Virus record (IMG/VR): IMGVR_UViG_2671180724_000008
DNA from: a virus
Taxonomy: Duplodnaviria; Heunggongvirae; Uroviricota; Caudoviricetes
Reading direction: 5' to 3' (one strand)
DNA: 64,000 nucleotides
The translations under genes and the position numbers were made by a program. Shown in pieces: positions 28,434-38,542 of the stretch; position 1 is the first letter of the stretch, and each line of letters starts with the position of its first letter. The notes below the pieces were generated by a model. That model searched no databases. It saw only the letters and a program-made list of their open reading frames with translations, and was not told where the DNA came from.

Positions 28434-30542
28434 ATGTCTAAAAAACGTTCCATCAAAGAGGTTCAGGACTTCCGTGACAGTGTAAAACGAGTAGTCGCTC
28501 TCCTTTCAGGTAAAAACATCCCTGTTGCAGAACGAGGGGACGACGCTTATGTACGCTATAACGATGATGGAGAGCCAATTCTCGTAAACATCCCATCAAT
28601 CCCGGATAACGCAACACCGGCATTGATGAATGCTGTGCGCGGATTTCTCGATCATGAGGTTGCTCACATTTTGTTTACCGATATTCGTGTGTCCAACAAA
28701 ATGAGAGAAAAAGGACGCGTTCCTTCCTGGTCGCTATGGAATGCCTTAGAAGACGTGTTCATCGAGCGAAAAATGGGGCAGGTCTTTAACGGAACAAGAC
28801 GTAATCTGATGGCAACTCAGCGCCTTATAATCGAAAAAGTCTTTAAACCAAAGGCTTCAGAGGCTATTGCTTATTGTGGCAAAGATCAGCGCGCGCTTTT
28901 TCTAAACTTCTTTCTCTGTCCGGTTGTAAGAGCCTGGGATGGCCAAGCACCGTTCGTAGATTTCATGGATGAATACTGGCCTGTCATTGAGAAACCAATT
29001 TCATTATTAAAAGAACATGGTATCGATGTGGCCGTGCGTAACATGTCTTGCACCGAGGATTGTGTAAAGGTGGCTGCGACCATAGCTAAGATCCTCAAAG
29101 ACACTGAAAGTGAAAGCAAAGGTAAGGAGTCAGCTCCGGGAAAAACTTCCGATCCTTCAGACGCTGACCAGACGGATGCCTCTGGAGAAAACAATGAAGA
29201 CAACGAAGATCATGAGACACCCTCAGCGTTAGATAATCACAAATCTATCGAATCAGAATCACACAGTAAGCACAAACATGATAATAACGACAGTGATGAT
29301 TCAGATAATTCTGAATCATCAGAAACAATATTCGATGATACAGAAAATGATAAAGAGGTATCAGATTCTGATGCTTCTGATAACGCGGCGTCAGAATCAT
29401 TAACCGCTGGCCACGAAAAAAGAAAAACGACAGAAGACGGCTCTTCAGATATTCCAACTCCGTCAAAAATGAGTCTGGAAGAGGCTTTAGAGGAGCTGGA
29501 TAGCATAGAAGATGAAGTCGGAGGCATGACAGAAGATGCTCTATCCGAAACGATTAAAAGCGAGTTAACAGAAAGCTCGAAAAGCGAATACAGGCCATAC
29601 AATCGCTCATACGACTTCATCGGCTCGATTGATCAGGCAGAAGCCCATATCAAACGGCTTATTAAAACATTCTCCGATATTGATTTAGGAGGATATCCAA
29701 TCAGCCGCTATCGCATCGTTCCTGAAGGCAACCAGCTCTTCGACAAATATATTGAAAAGCATCTTTCGTCAGGTGTTTCGTCGACGCTGGCAAAAGACCT
29801 GGAGCGAGCAATAGCAAGCAGAAACAGAGTTCAGTTTATACCGGGCCAGCGTCGGGGGCGCATTCATGGTTCTAGTATCTACAGATTAGCAATGAATGAT
29901 GATCGCGTGTTTCGTAAAAAAGAAGAATCTAAAGCCGTTAACGCCTGTGTTCAACAAGTGATTGATTTATCAGGTTCAATGAGTGGCGAAACGATAAAAC
30001 TAGCTCTTGCAAGTGCATATACCATCGCCGATGCTCTTGATCGAATAAATGTTCCCAACATTATCACCGGCTTCACTACATTTGGCAGTCATCTGGCAGC
30101 GATAGAACTTAAGGCTATCAAGTATGAGTTCTCTCGCTTTGAATCTTTAATGCTACCTATCATCAAAAATTGGAATGAAAAAGCAAATTCTCGCGAAGTT
30201 CGCTCACGTATGGGGTGCGTAGGCTACACATTCCCACTTCTTAATAACGTGGATGGTGAAAGCATAGCCAGCCTTGCATCGTTATTTTCCGGTCGCATGG
30301 AGGACAGGAAGATCATGCTTGTTCTGAGCGATGGCGAGCCGCTGGCTGTTGGGAGAGGTTTTGACGCTCATTTGCGTTCGGTTGCGAAGCAAATTGAAAC
30401 GCAGACTGACATTGATTTGATGGCAATTGGCATCATGACTGACGCACCGGAGAGATTTTACGCAAATCATGCCCTGGTAACGAGCGTTGATAGTCTTGGT
30501 TCATCTGTAGTTACTGAACTATCTCGTATCATTTTGAAGTGA
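28434..30542 (+). CDS. CobT-like von Willebrand factor A domain protein with acidic disordered linker
   Basis: 702-aa ORF. C-terminal VWA domain with MIDAS DLSGSMSG, central Asp/Glu/Ser-rich low-complexity region, and an N-terminal HEVAH (HExxH) motif. Confidence 0.6.
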   Translation: MSKKRSIKEVQDFRDSVKRVVALLSGKNIPVAERGDDAYVRYNDDGEPILVNIPSIPDNATPALMNAVRGFLDHEVAHILFTDIRVSNKMREKGRVPSWSLWNALEDVFIERKMGQVFNGTRRNLMATQRLIIEKVFKPKASEAIAYCGKDQRALFLNFFLCPVVRAWDGQAPFVDFMDEYWPVIEKPISLLKEHGIDVAVRNMSCTEDCVKVAATIAKILKDTESESKGKESAPGKTSDPSDADQTDASGENNEDNEDHETPSALDNHKSIESESHSKHKHDNNDSDDSDNSESSETIFDDTENDKEVSDSDASDNAASESLTAGHEKRKTTEDGSSDIPTPSKMSLEEALEELDSIEDEVGGMTEDALSETIKSELTESSKSEYRPYNRSYDFIGSIDQAEAHIKRLIKTFSDIDLGGYPISRYRIVPEGNQLFDKYIEKHLSSGVSSTLAKDLERAIASRNRVQFIPGQRRGRIHGSSIYRLAMNDDRVFRKKEESKAVNACVQQVIDLSGSMSGETIKLALASAYTIADALDRINVPNIITGFTTFGSHLAAIELKAIKYEFSRFESLMLPIIKNWNEKANSREVRSRMGCVGYTFPLLNNVDGESIASLASLFSGRMEDRKIMLVLSDGEPLAVGRGFDAHLRSVAKQIETQTDIDLMAIGIMTDAPERFYANHALVTSVDSLGSSVVTELSRIILK

Positions 30543-30637
30543 TTAAAACAGCCTTAACGATAAGTAACTACTTATGATAGTTAATGATATATTTATATAA
30601 GAAGTTGAACGCTCATTAGAGAACAAAGGAAAAACGC

Positions 30638-31873
30638 ATGACTACTACTGCACTGCAAAATGAAAAAAATCCTTCTGATTACCTTGTTTGCAAGTGGTGC
30701 GGAAAATCATTTCACTATTTTAAGTCCCATGTAGCCTATGGTAATTGCGAGGGCATTCCTGAGTCGGTAAAAGATGCCGATCCTGACACCGTACTGAAAA
30801 TGTACACAACGCAGTTTCCAGATGAACCAACGCTATCGAAAAAGGCACTTGATGCAATTCAAGCTAAACGTGCCGAGCAAAAAAGCGAAATGGCCAAATC
30901 TTCTGGTGTGACCAGTAGCCCAGGCTACATAGGCACAGTTGAGTACAAGACAGATCTGGTCGCAGCTCACGAACTGCTAGACGTAACGGTGGAAGAACTC
31001 GGAACAAAACGTGGGACGCCGCTCATGGTTAGCGTCAACGTCAATACGCCGTTTCCAGAGTTCGTTCCTGAAGTGAAGAAGGGCTACGTATATGGCGACT
31101 TCGAACTGATCAAAGACATTTTCATGATGCTTGAACTTGGCATACCAGGCTATTTGTGGGGACATGCAGGAACAGGCAAATCGTCATTGCCTACACAGCT
31201 ATGTGCTTTGCTCAATCGTCCGTTGATCCGTGCCCAACATACAGCATCAATGGAAGAAGCTCATGTTACGGGTCAAATTCTGGCGCGTGATGGCTCTACG
31301 TATTTCGAGCCAGGCTTGCTTGCGCTCGCAATGAAGCATGGCTGGGTTTACCTCGCGGATGAATACGACTTTGCGTTTCCACAAATTCTTGGCGTGTATC
31401 AGCCAGTGCTGGAAGGTGAAGCGTTGGTCATCAAAGAGGCGACACCAGAATGGCGTCGCATTACTCCGCATAAACGGTTTGCTTTTATTGGCACTGGCAA
31501 CACGAACGGATCTGGTGATGAAACCGGCTTGTACCAGGGTACAAACATCCAGAACGCCGCGAACTTTTCGCGTTTTGGCATCGTTTCGAATGTGAAATAC
31601 ATGAGCAAAGAGGCAGAGATCAACATGTTGATAAATGCCGGCATTGTGGATGAGTACGCTGAAAAGATGGTTAAGTTTGCCGGTATCGTTCGCGATGGTT
31701 ACGAAGAACACAATATCAGCCAACCGATTGGGCCTCGTGAGCTTTTGTTGTCGGCCAAGATTGGAATGATGCGAGGCGACTTTGTGACAGGTATTGAGCG
31801 TTCTTTCATTAACAAACTCCCTTCAGCTTCTGCACAAGCGGCTCGTGAAGTTGTTCAAAAAATATTTGGTTGA
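30638..31873 (+). CDS. CobS/MoxR-like AAA+ ATPase
   Basis: 411-aa ORF with Walker A GHAGTGKSS and an N-terminal Cys-rich segment CKWCG...C. Start preceded by aaaggaaaaacgcATG. Confidence 0.6.
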   Translation: MTTTALQNEKNPSDYLVCKWCGKSFHYFKSHVAYGNCEGIPESVKDADPDTVLKMYTTQFPDEPTLSKKALDAIQAKRAEQKSEMAKSSGVTSSPGYIGTVEYKTDLVAAHELLDVTVEELGTKRGTPLMVSVNVNTPFPEFVPEVKKGYVYGDFELIKDIFMMLELGIPGYLWGHAGTGKSSLPTQLCALLNRPLIRAQHTASMEEAHVTGQILARDGSTYFEPGLLALAMKHGWVYLADEYDFAFPQILGVYQPVLEGEALVIKEATPEWRRITPHKRFAFIGTGNTNGSGDETGLYQGTNIQNAANFSRFGIVSNVKYMSKEAEINMLINAGIVDEYAEKMVKFAGIVRDGYEEHNISQPIGPRELLLSAKIGMMRGDFVTGIERSFINKLPSASAQAAREVVQKIFG

Positions 31874-32079
31874 TCGTGCGTAAAGGATGTTTCGGCTCTC
31901 TTATCGCTGCTTCTGAAACTGGTAAGGCTTGTCTGGTGTGTCCAGACAAGCCCGATTGTCACCAATCAGCAAAAGAAGTTGCGATTTCGATGCACGGGAA
32001 GTTCGTAGGCTTCCCAAATGACAAAATCAAAAAAACCAGAAAGGTAAAAACACATGAAGGCACTGATGGTTCGAACTGA
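31870..32079 (+). CDS. small Cys-rich hypothetical protein
   Basis: 69-aa ORF, ATGA-coupled to the upstream gene and overlapping the polymerase start. Contains CLVCPDKPDC. May be spurious. Confidence 0.25.
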   Translation: MIVRKGCFGSLIAASETGKACLVCPDKPDCHQSAKEVAISMHGKFVGFPNDKIKKTRKVKTHEGTDGSN

Positions 32080-35000
32080 CTTCTCACTTGGGGAGTCGGC
32101 TTTAAAAGCGGAAAACGCGGTGAAGATTGCCAGAGAAGCTGGCTACACCGCTGTAATTTCAGCAGATAGCATGAATATTGCGAGTGTTATTCCACTACAA
32201 CGTGCCGCTGGTGACGACATGGCGGTTATTTGTGGTGTGAAACTAAATATCGTTGATGATCCCACATACGAGTACCGGGCTAAACTTGCTAAAGAGTCTA
32301 AGGGATGTATGGAATCATTAGAGCGAGGACGTAACTACTCGTTTACCGCTCTAATTAAAAATGAGCAAGGATATCGCGACATCTGCGAACTAATGACGGT
32401 GGCCAACACACGAGAACAGTTCTACTTTGTACCGCGTCTCTCGCTCGAACAGTTGGTTTCTACATATGCCAAAGGCAACATCATCCTGCTCACTTCCGAC
32501 ATCGGTAGCGTGTTCCAACGCAACGATTTTGCAAAAATCATAAGCACACTGATTACAGCGGGTGGAAAAGACAACTTCTATAGTGTGGTTTATCCGCACC
32601 CTACCCCATTCTACGACCAGATTAACGTCCGGGCGATGAAAGTCGCCAGCGCATTGAAAATAGAGCCAGTGGCGTTCTATCCCGCTTATTACGAATCGAT
32701 CGACGATGCAGACATTAAAGACATTGCGCACATGGTTACGAACAACATCAAAATCGACCAGCCGCATCGTCTGCGTATCCCCCACCAGCGAGATAACGCC
32801 GTCAATGGTCGCCGCCATCTCCTTGAGGCTCTTAAAGCCTTCTCCGTTCGCATGGATGTGCCGGTAACAGCTGCAATGGCCTCAACAACGCAGGATACCA
32901 TTATCGATGCCTGCACATGGCGCTGGCATGAATTGCCGCCAGCACTGCCAAAGATGGCAGACGACGAGCCTGCAACGCTTATGAAACTGGCTGTTGCAGG
33001 GCTGCGTAAACGTCTTACCACAAAAGAGTTTGGCTACACACCACCTGCTTCTGAGAACAGGGTTTATGTTGAGCGGCTAAAGTACGAAATGGACACGCTG
33101 ACTCGCCTGGGATTTTGTGGTTACTTCCTGATGGTACGCGATCTGATGAATCACAGCCGTGAAACTGGCATTCCTGTCGGGCCTGGTCGTGGTTCCTCCG
33201 CTGGATCTCTGGTGGCATGGTGCATAGGCATAACCAACGTCGACCCAATCCGTCACGGTCTTCTGTTTGAACGTTTCATCAACCCTGAGCGTCTCGACTT
33301 GCCGGATGCGGATTTGGACTTCAGCCAGGCACGTCGCCATGAAGTGATCGAGTATTTGAATGAACGCTACGGCGAAGATTACGTTGCGGGTATTCCGAAC
33401 TTCACATATCTGGGCGCAGCCTCTGCACTACGTGACACCGCTCGTATTTATGGTGTGGAGTCCGCAGATATGGCGGTATCAAAAGAACTGAAGAACGTCG
33501 AGGATGATAGCCTTCCATTGGAAGAACTGCGCGAACAACTGGCAAGTCTCGACAAATACGCAACAAAATATCCTGATGCATTCAATGCAGCCTGCAAGTT
33601 ACAAAGCCTTATGCGTGGCTTTGGTAGACATGCGGCAGGGATGATCGTAGCAGGTGTTCCTCTGACAGAACGTACACCGGTTGAGCGCCGTGGTGACGCG
33701 CGTTGTATCGCATTTGACAAGCGTTACTGCGAGGCTATGGGCCTAATTAAGCTGGACGTGCTTGGCCTGGCAACTCTCGATTTGCTCGATAGTGCAAAAC
33801 GCTACATAAAAGAGAACACAGGTGAAGATATCAATCTTGATGCCATTTCTCTTGAGGATCGCAAGGTGCTGGATGGTTTTGCTGCTGGGTACACTCAAGG
33901 TGTTTTCCAGCTTGAATCAGGCCCAATGCGCAAGCTGCTTAAAGATTTAGGTGGTGGAATTGAGCCAATGAGCTTTAAAACGGTTGTTGCTACGACTGCG
34001 CTCTTCCGGCCGGGGCCAATTCAGTCAGGCATGTTGGATGATTATGTTTCTGTCGCCAAAGGCTTTATGACGCCGGAATCATTACACCCCGTTCTTGATG
34101 AACTTACCGCAGAAACAAATGGCGTGATTCTCTATCAGGAACAGACGATGAACGCGACTCGATTGCTTGCTGGCTTCACAATGGCTGAAGCTGACGGTGT
34201 TCGTAAAGCGATCGGCAAAAAAGACATGGAAAAAATGAAGAGCATGGGCGAGAAGTTCATCGTTCAGGCTCAAGCTGGCTGGATAGACGTTGAGCTGGAA
34301 GATGGCACTACACAGCGCATTCACCGTGCGGAACATTTTAAATGCGAAGACGGAACTCTGAAAACTGTCGAAGAGGCACTTGAGTACGGCGCAAAACTAC
34401 CTATAAACGCAGTACGCGTTACAGCGTCACATCCAGGGCTATCAGAGATGAAAGCGAAGGAGATCTGGACCGCATTCGAAAAGAATGGTGCCTACCAGTT
34501 CAACAAATCACACTCTGTTGCTTACTCCTTAATCAGTTATCAATCTATGTGGTTGAAAACTCATTATCCCGCAGAGTTTTTCGCTGCTGCTCTCACTATT
34601 CTTGGCGAAGATAAACACCAGGGGCTGGTTAAAGATGCGCTGACCTATGGTATTCGCGTATTGCCACCAGACGTTAACGTGTCATCTAACCGAATCGAGA
34701 TCCGCACGCTTGAAGATGGCAGCCAGGTGCTGTATGCGCCCTTCTCTGCTGTGAAAGGTTGTTCTGAGAATGGCTGCCAGGCCATCATGAGAGCGCGAGA
34801 AAAAGTTGGCGGCAAATTCGAGTCACTGGCGCAATTCGAAGAAGCTGTCGAGAAACGTGCCTGTAATAGTCGAGTGCGCGAATCACTGCAAAAAGTAGGG
34901 GCGTTTGCATCCATCGAGCCAGGTAGTCTGCCAGCAACTGATCCAGAGCGTCTCCGCGACCAAGCTGAATTGATGGGAAACCTTGTCATAGACGCAGTTA

Positions 35001-35572
35001 AAGCCTCACGTCCGTTTGAGATGAACCCCAAACGTTCGGCTGAGATTAACGTGCTCATGACACGGATGGCGGCTGAAATGGGATTAGGTGATGAACTAAT
35101 CCGCCCTAGCATTGGCATTAAGCCGAAAATCATGATCATTCTGGACAATGCAAACGGCAATGATGCTCGAACCGGTTACTTTATGGAGAACGGATACGAC
35201 GATTTTAAGGCCAAGCTGTTGACGGCTGGGGATTTGCGCATGGGCGATCTCTATGTCACAGGCGTTTGCAAAAAGGTGAAAGACAAAGAAAAGGACTACA
35301 CCAAAGACGAGATCGGCCAGTTCACCGACTTTATGCGTGAAGAGATCAATCTGGTGCGCCCGACCTATGTGCTGACGTGTGGCAGCCGGGCAACGGCATT
35401 GTTTAACAACAAAAACAAGCCATCCGATTTGGTCGGCAGGAAGGAGTACCTTCCAGACCTTGACGTTACTGTCTTTTACGGGTTTAACCCCAACATTCTT
35501 TACTTCAGACCTGAAGAGGGAGAACGACTAGAAGCGATATTAGCCGACGTAGCAGAAACCATTAAGACGTGA
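32054..35572 (+). CDS. dnaE: DNA polymerase III alpha subunit-like replicative polymerase (DnaE family) with C-terminal extension
   Basis: 1172-aa ORF. N-terminal PHP-like region, central Pol III alpha-type palm/fingers, and an extra C-terminal domain of about 200 aa. Start preceded by aaaggtaaaaacacATG. Confidence 0.75.
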   Translation: MKALMVRTDFSLGESALKAENAVKIAREAGYTAVISADSMNIASVIPLQRAAGDDMAVICGVKLNIVDDPTYEYRAKLAKESKGCMESLERGRNYSFTALIKNEQGYRDICELMTVANTREQFYFVPRLSLEQLVSTYAKGNIILLTSDIGSVFQRNDFAKIISTLITAGGKDNFYSVVYPHPTPFYDQINVRAMKVASALKIEPVAFYPAYYESIDDADIKDIAHMVTNNIKIDQPHRLRIPHQRDNAVNGRRHLLEALKAFSVRMDVPVTAAMASTTQDTIIDACTWRWHELPPALPKMADDEPATLMKLAVAGLRKRLTTKEFGYTPPASENRVYVERLKYEMDTLTRLGFCGYFLMVRDLMNHSRETGIPVGPGRGSSAGSLVAWCIGITNVDPIRHGLLFERFINPERLDLPDADLDFSQARRHEVIEYLNERYGEDYVAGIPNFTYLGAASALRDTARIYGVESADMAVSKELKNVEDDSLPLEELREQLASLDKYATKYPDAFNAACKLQSLMRGFGRHAAGMIVAGVPLTERTPVERRGDARCIAFDKRYCEAMGLIKLDVLGLATLDLLDSAKRYIKENTGEDINLDAISLEDRKVLDGFAAGYTQGVFQLESGPMRKLLKDLGGGIEPMSFKTVVATTALFRPGPIQSGMLDDYVSVAKGFMTPESLHPVLDELTAETNGVILYQEQTMNATRLLAGFTMAEADGVRKAIGKKDMEKMKSMGEKFIVQAQAGWIDVELEDGTTQRIHRAEHFKCEDGTLKTVEEALEYGAKLPINAVRVTASHPGLSEMKAKEIWTAFEKNGAYQFNKSHSVAYSLISYQSMWLKTHYPAEFFAAALTILGEDKHQGLVKDALTYGIRVLPPDVNVSSNRIEIRTLEDGSQVLYAPFSAVKGCSENGCQAIMRAREKVGGKFESLAQFEEAVEKRACNSRVRESLQKVGAFASIEPGSLPATDPERLRDQAELMGNLVIDAVKASRPFEMNPKRSAEINVLMTRMAAEMGLGDELIRPSIGIKPKIMIILDNANGNDARTGYFMENGYDDFKAKLLTAGDLRMGDLYVTGVCKKVKDKEKDYTKDEIGQFTDFMREEINLVRPTYVLTCGSRATALFNNKNKPSDLVGRKEYLPDLDVTVFYGFNPNILYFRPEEGERLEAILADVAETIKT

Positions 35573-35581
35573 TCCCATAAA

Positions 35582-35604
35582 CATGGCCTCTATGGCCATG
35601 TTTT
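35582..35604 (+). terminator. rho-independent terminator
   Basis: catggcc-tcta-tggccatg hairpin followed by tttt. Confidence 0.6.
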
Positions 35605-35697
35605 CCCTTATCCCCTCATATCCCCTATCCTCGAACTCCTTGCCTTATCATCACAATGATATAATCAATATAAAATGATAAGTAAAAAGGAAAGCAC

Positions 35698-36129
35698 ATG
35701 ATCACCGATATTTACGAGAAAATAATGTCTGATCTCGAGTTTGACCGAGACAATCTGGAGGAAGTCTGGCGTAGACAACCCCGCCTTTTAATGGAGTATG
35801 GCTCAAAACTCGCTCATGCAGAAAGAAGTGTCGCAGAGGCAAAACTTAACCTTGAAGCTGTTGAAGCAAAGCTATACGACACAGAGCGTAAGAACTTGAG
35901 TATGAACGGCATTAAGTTCAACGAGTCTGTACTGGACGCTAAGGTTAAAACAAACCCACAGTATCTGTCTAAACGGCAGAAGTTGGATGAAGCACGGCAC
36001 ATCGCAGACATATACAAACATGCTGTCGCCGCCTTTTCGCATCGCCGAGACATGATCGTTCAGGCGTCGAAGATGGCCATCGTTGAGTTAGATCGATTAG
36101 GCTCTGAACGCTTTATTACTCCCCGTTGA
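35698..36129 (+). CDS. hypothetical protein
   Basis: 143-aa ORF with the conserved start context aaaaggaaagcacATG, between the polymerase and SSB genes. Confidence 0.45.
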   Translation: MITDIYEKIMSDLEFDRDNLEEVWRRQPRLLMEYGSKLAHAERSVAEAKLNLEAVEAKLYDTERKNLSMNGIKFNESVLDAKVKTNPQYLSKRQKLDEARHIADIYKHAVAAFSHRRDMIVQASKMAIVELDRLGSERFITPR

Positions 36130-36246
36130 TTTTTGATAGATAATAAGTAAGTACTGATCTATCATTTAACAGCTCGAAAGAGCCACGAATGAACGAAAGC
36201 CCAACGCGCATAGCGCCATCGGCCAAATCACAACAAGGAGAAACAC

Positions 36247-37269
36247 ATGTCTAAGACATTACTTGATTTGCTTAACAAAACTCGTGAAGACATTGCCGCC
36301 AAACGTGGCAAAAACACTGATTTGACCCGCTTAAAAGACGGCATCAACTATATCCGCATCTTCCCTAATAAAGACGACCCGAATGGTAAGTTCTTCCAGA
36401 CTTTTGGTATGCACTACATTAAGTATCAGAACGAGGAAGGTAAAGAAGCAACCAATGCTTATATTTGTGAGCAACATACTCACGGTCGCGCTTGTCAGCT
36501 ATGCGAAATGGTGATGGAAGGTCGCGCTCGTCACAAGGGTAACAAAGCAATGGAAGAGCGCATCGGTCAAATGCGTGCAACCCCTCGCTACCTGGTAAAC
36601 GGCATTCTTTCAACTCGTGAGGATTTCTCCGATGCAGAGAAATGTCAGTTAATCGAACTGCCTTCCACTGTGTTCGATGATATCTGCAAAGCAATCACCG
36701 AAGACATCGCTGACGATATCGGCAATCCATTAAGCAAAGAGGAAGGTTACGCATTTCAAATTAAGCGCACAGGCTCTGGTCGCGATACAGAATATGACGT
36801 TTCACCAAAACGTAAAGTCTTCAAAGGTGATATCGAAGATAAATTCTGGAACAACCAACATGACCTGATTGCTTATGTGAATCAGGCCGATGAAACTCGC
36901 CTTCTTGCGACAGTTCGCACTATGGGTCGTCTGATTGGCATCGCTGCACCAACTGCCACTGCATCGGCACCAGCAATTTCCTCAACAGCGAAAACATCGG
37001 CCTCTGCACTGCCTGGATTTGGCTCGATCACTGGTCATACGGAAGGAGCGACGGCTGTAGCAACCGCCCACACTCCAGCTTCTGAACCAACCAGTCTGGT
37101 TGATGAAGAAGTCCTGCGAGCAATGGAATCTGAATTTAAATCAGAAACAAGTTCTGCTGCCACATCAGCCAAAGAGTCTGAAGCAGACGCAACGACATCT
37201 GTAGCAGCCGCATCTGCGGCGGAAGATGAAGGTATTGATGACCTGCTGAAAGAACTGGAGTCTCTGTAA
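36247..37269 (+). CDS. single-stranded DNA-binding protein (T4 gp32-like) with acidic C-terminal tail
   Basis: 340-aa ORF. N-terminal region aligns by eye with gp32 (INYIRIFPNKDDPNGKFF versus gp32 AVIRFLPSKNDEQAPF) and carries a Cys/His cluster CEQHTHGRACQLC. Acidic C-terminus EDEGIDDLLKELESL. Confidence 0.6.
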   Translation: MSKTLLDLLNKTREDIAAKRGKNTDLTRLKDGINYIRIFPNKDDPNGKFFQTFGMHYIKYQNEEGKEATNAYICEQHTHGRACQLCEMVMEGRARHKGNKAMEERIGQMRATPRYLVNGILSTREDFSDAEKCQLIELPSTVFDDICKAITEDIADDIGNPLSKEEGYAFQIKRTGSGRDTEYDVSPKRKVFKGDIEDKFWNNQHDLIAYVNQADETRLLATVRTMGRLIGIAAPTATASAPAISSTAKTSASALPGFGSITGHTEGATAVATAHTPASEPTSLVDEEVLRAMESEFKSETSSAATSAKESEADATTSVAAASAAEDEGIDDLLKELESL

Positions 37270-37286
37270 TCCCATTACGTGACCAG

Positions 37287-37314
37287 TAAGGCGTCTACGG
37301 ACGCCTTACTTTTT
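37287..37314 (+). terminator. rho-independent terminator after SSB gene
   Basis: taaggcgtc-tacg-gacgcctta hairpin followed by ctttttgg. It lies inside the longest version of the next ORF, arguing for a later start. Confidence 0.6.
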
Positions 37315-37329
37315 GGAAGGAATGTACCG

Positions 37330-38274
37330 GTGAATTATCTCTTCGTAGATGGCAATAGCCTGGGTTATTACCACCAACAATCTGACAAATTGCACAACGG
37401 CGAAATGGAAGTACAGGCTGCTTTCGGCTTTGTTAAGAACGTCCGTCGTTATGCCTCCATCCTCCATGCCCGACCTATGATTCTTTGGGATGGATTTAGT
37501 GACAAGCGTCGCGACTTTTACCCGGACTACAAAGCAAATCGCGACGACGATCCTGATATGAAAAAGATGAAGGAAGGCTTTGCTGTCCAGAAGCCATACA
37601 TCCTCAAAATGATGACCGCGCTTGGTGTTAACCAAATCATTGCAAAAGATGCAGAAGCGGATGATCTGGCCGGGCTGCTGGTATCCCGCATGGCACCGCA
37701 GCCAACCGTTGAACACATCTATCTGTTAACAGGCGATAGCGACTGGCTTCAGTTAGTTCGCGAAAACGTAAGCTGGGTAAGCCTGCGTGAAGACGCCAAA
37801 AACAAGCAGGTTAATTTTGAGCAATTTGCGGAGCTGACAGGATTCGCCACGCCTCGCGCATTTTTGGAAGCAAAAGCATTACAAGGCGATAACTCGGACA
37901 ACATTAGCGGTGTTGGTGGCATTGGTGCTGGCGGCGCGAAAGAGCTGCTGCATGAATGGGGAAGTGTCGCAACGATGGTACGCGGCATCAACGACGGCTC
38001 AATCGTGGTTAATAAAGGGCGTCATAAGACCGCCTTCAACAAACTAGCGAAGAATGCCTTCAACGAGAAAACAGGCTGTCGAATGCTCGAAGCGTTCAAG
38101 AGAAACATCACGCTAATGAACCTGATTGAGACGAAGTTTCCGCCTACCGAAATCGAAACAATCAAAGGCAATCGTGACGTGAAAGCATTCGAGCAACTGT
38201 GCTACGAGCTGAATTTCCGTTCGTTCCTTGAAGACCTTGAAGTGTTTGTTCTTCCATTCGAAAGGTATTGCTAA
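37330..38274 (+). CDS. 5'-3' exonuclease / flap endonuclease (T4 RNase H / T5 D15-like)
   Basis: N-terminal LFVDGNSLGYY and downstream acidic clusters typical of the FEN/PIN fold. Start set at GTG 37330 after the terminator, with ggaagg RBS; the ORF track start is 37279. Confidence 0.6.
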   Translation: MNYLFVDGNSLGYYHQQSDKLHNGEMEVQAAFGFVKNVRRYASILHARPMILWDGFSDKRRDFYPDYKANRDDDPDMKKMKEGFAVQKPYILKMMTALGVNQIIAKDAEADDLAGLLVSRMAPQPTVEHIYLLTGDSDWLQLVRENVSWVSLREDAKNKQVNFEQFAELTGFATPRAFLEAKALQGDNSDNISGVGGIGAGGAKELLHEWGSVATMVRGINDGSIVVNKGRHKTAFNKLAKNAFNEKTGCRMLEAFKRNITLMNLIETKFPPTEIETIKGNRDVKAFEQLCYELNFRSFLEDLEVFVLPFERYC

Positions 38275-38540
38275 TGCTTAAATCGATTATTAATGGCGCT
38301 ACCACCACCCCTACCCAACTGGCAAAAGAGATTGTCTTTTATCACGGTGAGTACGCTGTCATCGCACTGCCGTCAATTCTAGGCGCTGCCGGAATGAAAG
38401 CGACAGATCGCGAGTTTGGATTAGTCAGCGAGCAGGTCGTAAAAATCCTCGCTCGTGTATCCAAACACCTTAACCACGATGCGATTGTATTCGACGAATC
38501 CGCCGCTTTAAAACGAATCAACAAAACAAAAGGAGCCTGA
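38268..38540 (+). CDS. hypothetical protein
   Basis: 90-aa ORF overlapping the stop of the exonuclease gene. Confidence 0.3.
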   Translation: MLMLKSIINGATTTPTQLAKEIVFYHGEYAVIALPSILGAAGMKATDREFGLVSEQVVKILARVSKHLNHDAIVFDESAALKRINKTKGA

Positions 38541-38542
38541 TC

